A DNA stretch of 63,844 nucleotides, the filler included, from Craspedostauros australis (lineage: Eukaryota): the NCBI GenBank assembly GCA_030167865.1. It is 12 parts of 12 records of this genome, joined end to end, with 100 filler letters (N's around TTAATTAATTAA, not from the genome) between each part and the next. Parts side by side here need not be neighbours in the genome. Positions count along the whole stretch, not along the records: positions 54,642 to 59,779 come from JALAGF010001027.1; positions 59,880 to 62,477 come from JALAGF010001030.1; positions 62,578 to 63,844 come from JALAGF010001039.1; 9 more parts are not named here. The stretch is one strand, 5' to 3'. Below the pieces are notes generated by a model. That model made no database searches, had not been told where the DNA came from, and was given only the letters and a program-made list of their open reading frames with translations. Below, piece after piece: positions 58,824 to 63,844 of this stretch. Position 1 is the stretch's first letter. Every line of letters begins with the position of its first letter. A program made the position numbers and the translations under genes.

Positions 58824-59318
58824 TCACAGCTCTGAATGGGAATCTGATGATGCGGCAAGTTGGCCCAAATCCTCCTTCTCGATGACGACGACTTTGTACT
58901 TGCGCTCCAACCGAGAGACGAGCTGTGCGAACGAGGATCCGATGTACTTCGTCGCCAACTTCGAAGCTTCCTCCGGCGTCTTGGTGGCTCGCTCACCGGC
59001 ATCAGGCAGAGCAGACAAAGCCGAAGATGCATAGTACTTCTGTATCAGATGGACCTTCTGTTCGTTTGACAATGCATTGAGCAATTCCGACCTTTTCGAA
59101 AGGCAAGTCGAGTCTGTGGTGACCGCCCAATCTCCCGCGACGCACGAAAGACCTTCGCAGCAGTCGCGATTCATAACGCAACGGTCGAATTCGGCCGTGC
59201 AAGTAGGAGCTGCCTCAGCCATCGATGCGCTCTTTGACCGTGCCATTGAAGGGAACCAGTCGAAGCTGGTGCCTGCGAGCACGATGAGGATAGGAAGCAA
59301 GATGGCGGAAGACCTCAT
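58824..59318 (-). CDS. Small secretory-pathway protein with knottin-like 6-Cys motif and C-terminal HSEL
   Basis: Signal peptide MRSSAILLPILIVLAG, then C-x6-C-x5-CC-x4-C-x12-C, a helical domain (KYIG..FAQLV..LERKY) and an ER-retention-like C-terminus. Confidence 0.65.
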   Translation of the reverse strand: MRSSAILLPILIVLAGTSFDWFPSMARSKSASMAEAAPTCTAEFDRCVMNRDCCEGLSCVAGDWAVTTDSTCLSKRSELLNALSNEQKVHLIQKYYASSALSALPDAGERATKTPEEASKLATKYIGSSFAQLVSRLERKYKVVVIEKEDLGQLAASSDSHSEL

Positions 59319-59410
59319 CGTGCGCGCGCAAAGATCTATCGTGGTGGCAGCTGGGTGGGTGGTGGCTGACTGATGTATTATAATACGAGCTATCCCTTAA
59401 CGACCCAAGC

Positions 59411-59779
59411 TTAACGCCCATATTATGGGCGATATAATGACACTAGTTGTTTTTTGAACGCATTTGCCCTACCAGGGCCTACGTGAAAACTAAGTCTGTA
59501 CCCCTTACAACTAGTGTTATCGTTGGAAACTACNGCTTTTTTGTTTGTGTCTNTTTNANGTCTTTCCATGGTATATATCCCAATGTTCGCTACAGATATA
59601 GACTCTACAGAAGCTACACATCCTGGTAACTCGTTTAGGTTTGGTTCCCTCCTTGCCAGAAAGTTTCGCATTTGCGCCCAGAAATGCACAGTATCGGCAC
59701 GTTCTTGCCCATTCTCCTTTCACAATTACTTGCTCATGCTCTGCCTCCTCTCCCATCAATCTCGCTTCTGGGAGGGTTG
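59411..59779 (-). mobile_element. piggyBac-like transposon 3' end (Cys-rich C-terminal domain of the transposase + terminus)
   Basis: RTCRYC...KRVTRMCSFCRVYICSEHWDIYH matches the piggyBac C-terminal Zn finger. TTAA sites are at 59397 and 59411, followed by the palindrome CGCCCATA-T-TATGGGCG. Ambiguous bases suggest a collapsed repeat. Confidence 0.65.
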
Positions 59780-62577
59780 NNNNNNNNNNNNNNNNNNNNN
59801 NNNNNNNNNNNNNNNNNNNNNNNTTAATTAATTAANNNNNNNNNNNNNNNNNNNNNNNNNNNNNNNNNNNNNNNNNNNNGAAACATGCAGACTTTACTCG
59901 CTCGTGAAGATTGCAGCAAGTTGTTTCAACACCCTCAACTGCCGGGAGAGATCCATGCCATCTGCAGTGGGGGAGCGGCAAGCAATGAAGTTGATGACAA
60001 GTACAGTGCCATGTCCATGATGGATTTGTACAAGGTCGTGGATGAAAGTGAGGGTACAGCACAAGTGGATTCATACATGGATCGTGCAACGTTGATGAAC
60101 CTCGTGCGGTCCGTCGCACCTGGCTGAGGCCGATGGCGCTGCCGCTGCAGAAGAGGAGTGAATCACAACAACAGTAGACAGAAGTGAGCGCGTCATGAAG
60201 AAGAGGAAATGAATAGGCTGTAATCAGAGAAGTAACTACTTCACCATATTTCGTAAGATAGCTATCAGTGATACATCCAATGGTGCGCCCGGCACATCTT
60301 GGATTTCGCCTTTGGTGACTCGCGCAGCGCGCTGTTCTACGCACGACCGTATCATTCGCAGCACAGCCTGACTGGCTGGACGGCAAGGCATGCTCTTTGG
60401 CCAATGCATTGCTGATGATCATGCCGCTGCGTTGCAGATGATCCTGGTGAGTGAACAGCGCGTTGGTGTACCATACAGCATCATTGGGCAGTGTGGCATG
60501 ACGACGATGGTCTGGCCACCACTGTTGCCGCCGAGATCGTCGTCGCCAATCAAATGCTTTCCGCGTTCGTTGGTTTCAATGATGTGGAAGGAGTTGTGCG
60601 GAAGGAATTGTGTGGAAAAGGATGGTGGCATCCGCTGGTGTCATGCATGGATCGTCGTACCCCACTGCAACTTGACGGGGCGGGATGTATGTATCGCGAC
60701 TGTTGGCTCATTGGTGTTGCTTCCGCCGTTGTTGGATGGCATCACGCAAGGCGCAAGCGCACGCCAGCTGCCACATGGGCTCCAGATGCGGCCGGCAAGG
60801 ATGGAGAGCCATGGGAAAGTTGCTGATTCCGGAGCAGAAGATTTCTCCGACTTGTGGATCCGATGACACAGTGCCTCAATCTCATCATTTGCAGTTGTGG
60901 CTGCGATGCATCGCTTTGAGCTTCAGCATGAGCGGGCGTTGGTGGTAATGATGTGCGTAGTGGTGGCTGTAATAGAAGGAGTATCTCTGAACACCTGGTG
61001 CTACAGGTCCTGAAGAAGTTGCTGCGTCCGATCTCATCATGAATGGACTCGTCCAGCAGGTATTGAATCTCAGCTGCCGACGGCACATCCAGCGTGGGCG
61101 CTGCTGCTGATCACTTGAATCCAGGCCTCATCACGGAACCATGGCGTCGTTTGCCACTGCTGTTGGCACCGTTGTTGGTGCTGCGATTGTTCATGTGATT
61201 GTTTACCTATGCAATTGCCTTGATATCTTCCTTTCTGATGTCGCCGATCGATGCGATGCGTTTGCGATTGCTCCTCATCGCCACTTCCCATGCGTCATCA
61301 TCATCAGCATCAACAACATCTCCATCTCCGTCTCTTGCCATGGTTGCCTTCATCCATCCTTTTCAGCATGCAATGTTTCGCGTGGCTGCTTGTTTCACCC
61401 ATGCATTGCTTTACTGGTTATGTATGCGTACGCATCATACGTTGGCTGACACCTCCATCAATGCATGTAGTCATATGCAAGTACAACAATGATCTCTTCC
61501 ACAGAACAAGGACATGTATTGCCATAGTCGTTGAGTAGTTGTTCTGTGTACATCAACATCAACAGTTCGTTGTTTTCGGTGATGTGAAGAATTGTTGGCG
61601 CACTTCAATCGTCTGCCTGTCATCCGTGGTTGATTGTGTTTGGGGTAATACGATGCCAGCAGGAATGGTTTGGACTTGGTGACAGGTCCAAATAGAATCA
61701 ATGTAAATGGTTTGTGGTGTGCGGATCTGTTGATGTTGATGTCGATGTTGATGTTGGTGTCGATGTTGTGTTCTGCCAGAGATGTGCGTGTTTGTGATAG
61801 ATCTTTGTGTTGGCCATTTCCGTGTTTGGATTCCGATTTGTTCGCATACTTCTAGCTTGACTGTGACTAGTGTGTTGTCAATGAAGGATGGTTCTCATTC
61901 CTTGTTCTTTCACACCCATCGCACCCACGTTCTGTTGACTTTGGTTGTCTCGGCAGCATAGGATCTGCCGTTCATCCGGTGCTCCAACGATCATCAAGAC
62001 CATGTTGCGTCAGCCCATGGCCAACGAGTGCTGCAGCGATTCGCCGACGCAAGAAGCTGTCCTGTTGGTGGCCGATGTGCACCCGTCCGCAACCAAGAAC
62101 AGCAGATGCAAATCCCAACCAGCCAATCCCTCACAGCGCTCCAAGTGAATGTGCAAAAACTGAAATCTTGTCTCAAATTTGTTTGACATCGCCCGTATGA
62201 TCGATCAGAAGGTGCATCGACTGTGGCTTTCCAGGTACAGGCTGTCTCTGCTGACTTTCAGCGTTGGTTTCTTCATTGCTTTCGCTGGTATTGCTGTTCT
62301 CACCCACAACCTCGTCCTCTTGCGCTTCTGCCAAAAGAGATGGATCCTTGCAGGCCTGCTGCATGGTGGACTCATTCATTTCATCTTGTACGGCAACATG
62401 CTGCGGTGATTTACTGTCCTGATCAATCGCATCCACACTACCCTCACGAAACCTGCTGAAGTACGATGATAATTCCTNNNNNNNNNNNNNNNNNNNNNNN
62501 NNNNNNNNNNNNNNNNNNNNNTTAATTAATTAANNNNNNNNNNNNNNNNNNNNNNNNNNNNNNNNNNNNNNNNNNNN

Positions 62578-63844
62578 CACCAAGATCCCATACCACATCG
62601 TCTACGACGTGAAGTTCGATCTACGTCGAAAGGCAAGACTGGTGGCAAACGGGAACAAGACGTCCCCACCAACAGAAGATGTATACTCAGGAGTGGTAGC
62701 ATCAGACACCATCCGAATCACCTTCGCCATCGCAGCAGCCAACGGACTGAGAGCATACGCCGGCGACGTAGGGAACGCGTTCCTATACGCCGACACCCTC
62801 GAGAANNNNNNNNNNNNNNNNNNNNNNNNNNNNNNNNNNNNNGAAGGCAAACCCCTCATCATCCAAAAGGGACTCTACGGCCTGAGGACATCCAGTGCGA
62901 GGTTTCACGAACACTTCGCGGACACCCTTCGAACCATGGGATTCCTACCCTCCAAGGCCGACAACGACATCTACACCTGAGAAGCCGACGACCACTACGA
63001 GATGATCACCACATACGTGGACGACGTACTGGTCTTCAGTAAGGACCCCATCCCAATCATCGACGACCTCAAGAAACGGTACACCATGAAACAATGCGGT
63101 GACCCAGAGTACTACCTTGGCGGGAACATCGTCGACCTTCCCAAGAACTGGAAGGACAGGGGAGTCAANATCGGACTCTCNGCCCAGACNTANATCGGAA
63201 ANGTCATCAAACGAGTGGAGCAACTAGTAGGGAAGACAATCCCGAAGGCATCCACCCCCATGGTAGAGGCCTGTCACCCAGAAAGCGACACCTCGGACTT
63301 CACAAGCACTGAAGACGCCAGGACTTACCAATCGATACTGGGTTGCCTCAATTGGGTTGTGACCCTCAGAAGGCTGGACATCCAATACGCCACGACGACG
63401 ATGGCACGGTTCGCTATGGCACCAAGGAAAGGACATCTCCTGACCATCCAACGTATCATTGGATACCTCAAAGGTCGAGAAAGGGGAGCCATCCTCTGCG
63501 ACCCCAACCCAGTGGACCACACGAACATCNACACTACCCTCTCAAGCCATTGGAGAGAATTCTACCCTACCGCATCAGAGGTCACCCCCGTATCAGTACC
63601 AACACCAAAAGGGAAACCAGTCCAAATCACGTGTTACGTGGACGCCGACCATGGCCATGACCAGGTCACACGGAAATCAATGATGGGCGTGGTTCTACTG
63701 ATCAACAACACCATCGTCAAAACCATCTGCAAGCGACAGAACACAGTGGAGACATCAACATACGGATCCGAATTGGTAGCAGCCAGGATAGCTACCGAGG
63801 CGGTCACAGGCCTGCGCTACATGCTGAGAGACCTCGGAGTCCCC
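62578..63844 (+). mobile_element. Ty1/copia (CoDi-like) LTR retrotransposon pol fragment: RT + RNase H
   Basis: YDVKFDLRRKARLVA, GDVGNAFL, KGLYGL, YVDD, YYLGG, RLDIQYA, YVDADHGHDQVTRKS and VETSTYGSELVA. There is one in-frame TGA at 62978-62980. Confidence 0.93.

Noticed and set aside
59880..62477. Contig with short ORFs (59885-60127, 60742-61086, 62173-62436)
   Set aside because: It may hold a gene 3' end or decayed elements, but no motif could be supported.
1..63844. rRNA, tRNA, CRISPR-Cas, TnpB/Fanzor, operon or prokaryotic defence system
   Set aside because: No such motifs or structures were recognised. The genes are intron-containing and eukaryotic, and cross-contig neighbourhoods are artificial.

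Overview
This is eukaryotic DNA with GT-AG introns, most likely from a pennate diatom. That is an inference from the gene families, the bipartite-type targeting peptides and the CoDi/Ambal-like transposons. It is not one locus: 12 contigs are joined by artificial 100-bp spacers (44 N + TTAATTAATTAA + 44 N), so adjacency across spacers is meaningless. Intact-looking genes include queuine tRNA-ribosyltransferase, an Mpv17/PMP22 protein, a GT32 glycosyltransferase, PP2C, a three-exon kinesin-4, an ORC6-like gene, galactokinase, an LRR protein, an SNM1/PSO2 nuclease, an ShK-prolyl-4-hydroxylase, a mucin/Cys-repeat protein and several hypothetical proteins. Mobile DNA includes a decayed non-LTR retrotransposon, a Harbinger/ISL2EU-type transposase, three identical 112-bp element termini, a piggyBac end and a Ty1/copia pol. 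The most notable signal is an apparent ~1,938-aa fusion of a kinesin-4 motor to a PRC1/MAP65/Ase1 microtubule-bundling domain, placed head-to-head with ORC6. Also notable are a DEP-domain/mercuric-reductase-like fusion, a paralogous pair of disordered proteins sharing four ordered motifs, and single-LRR 72-bp exons. All family calls come from motif recognition by eye; no searches were run.
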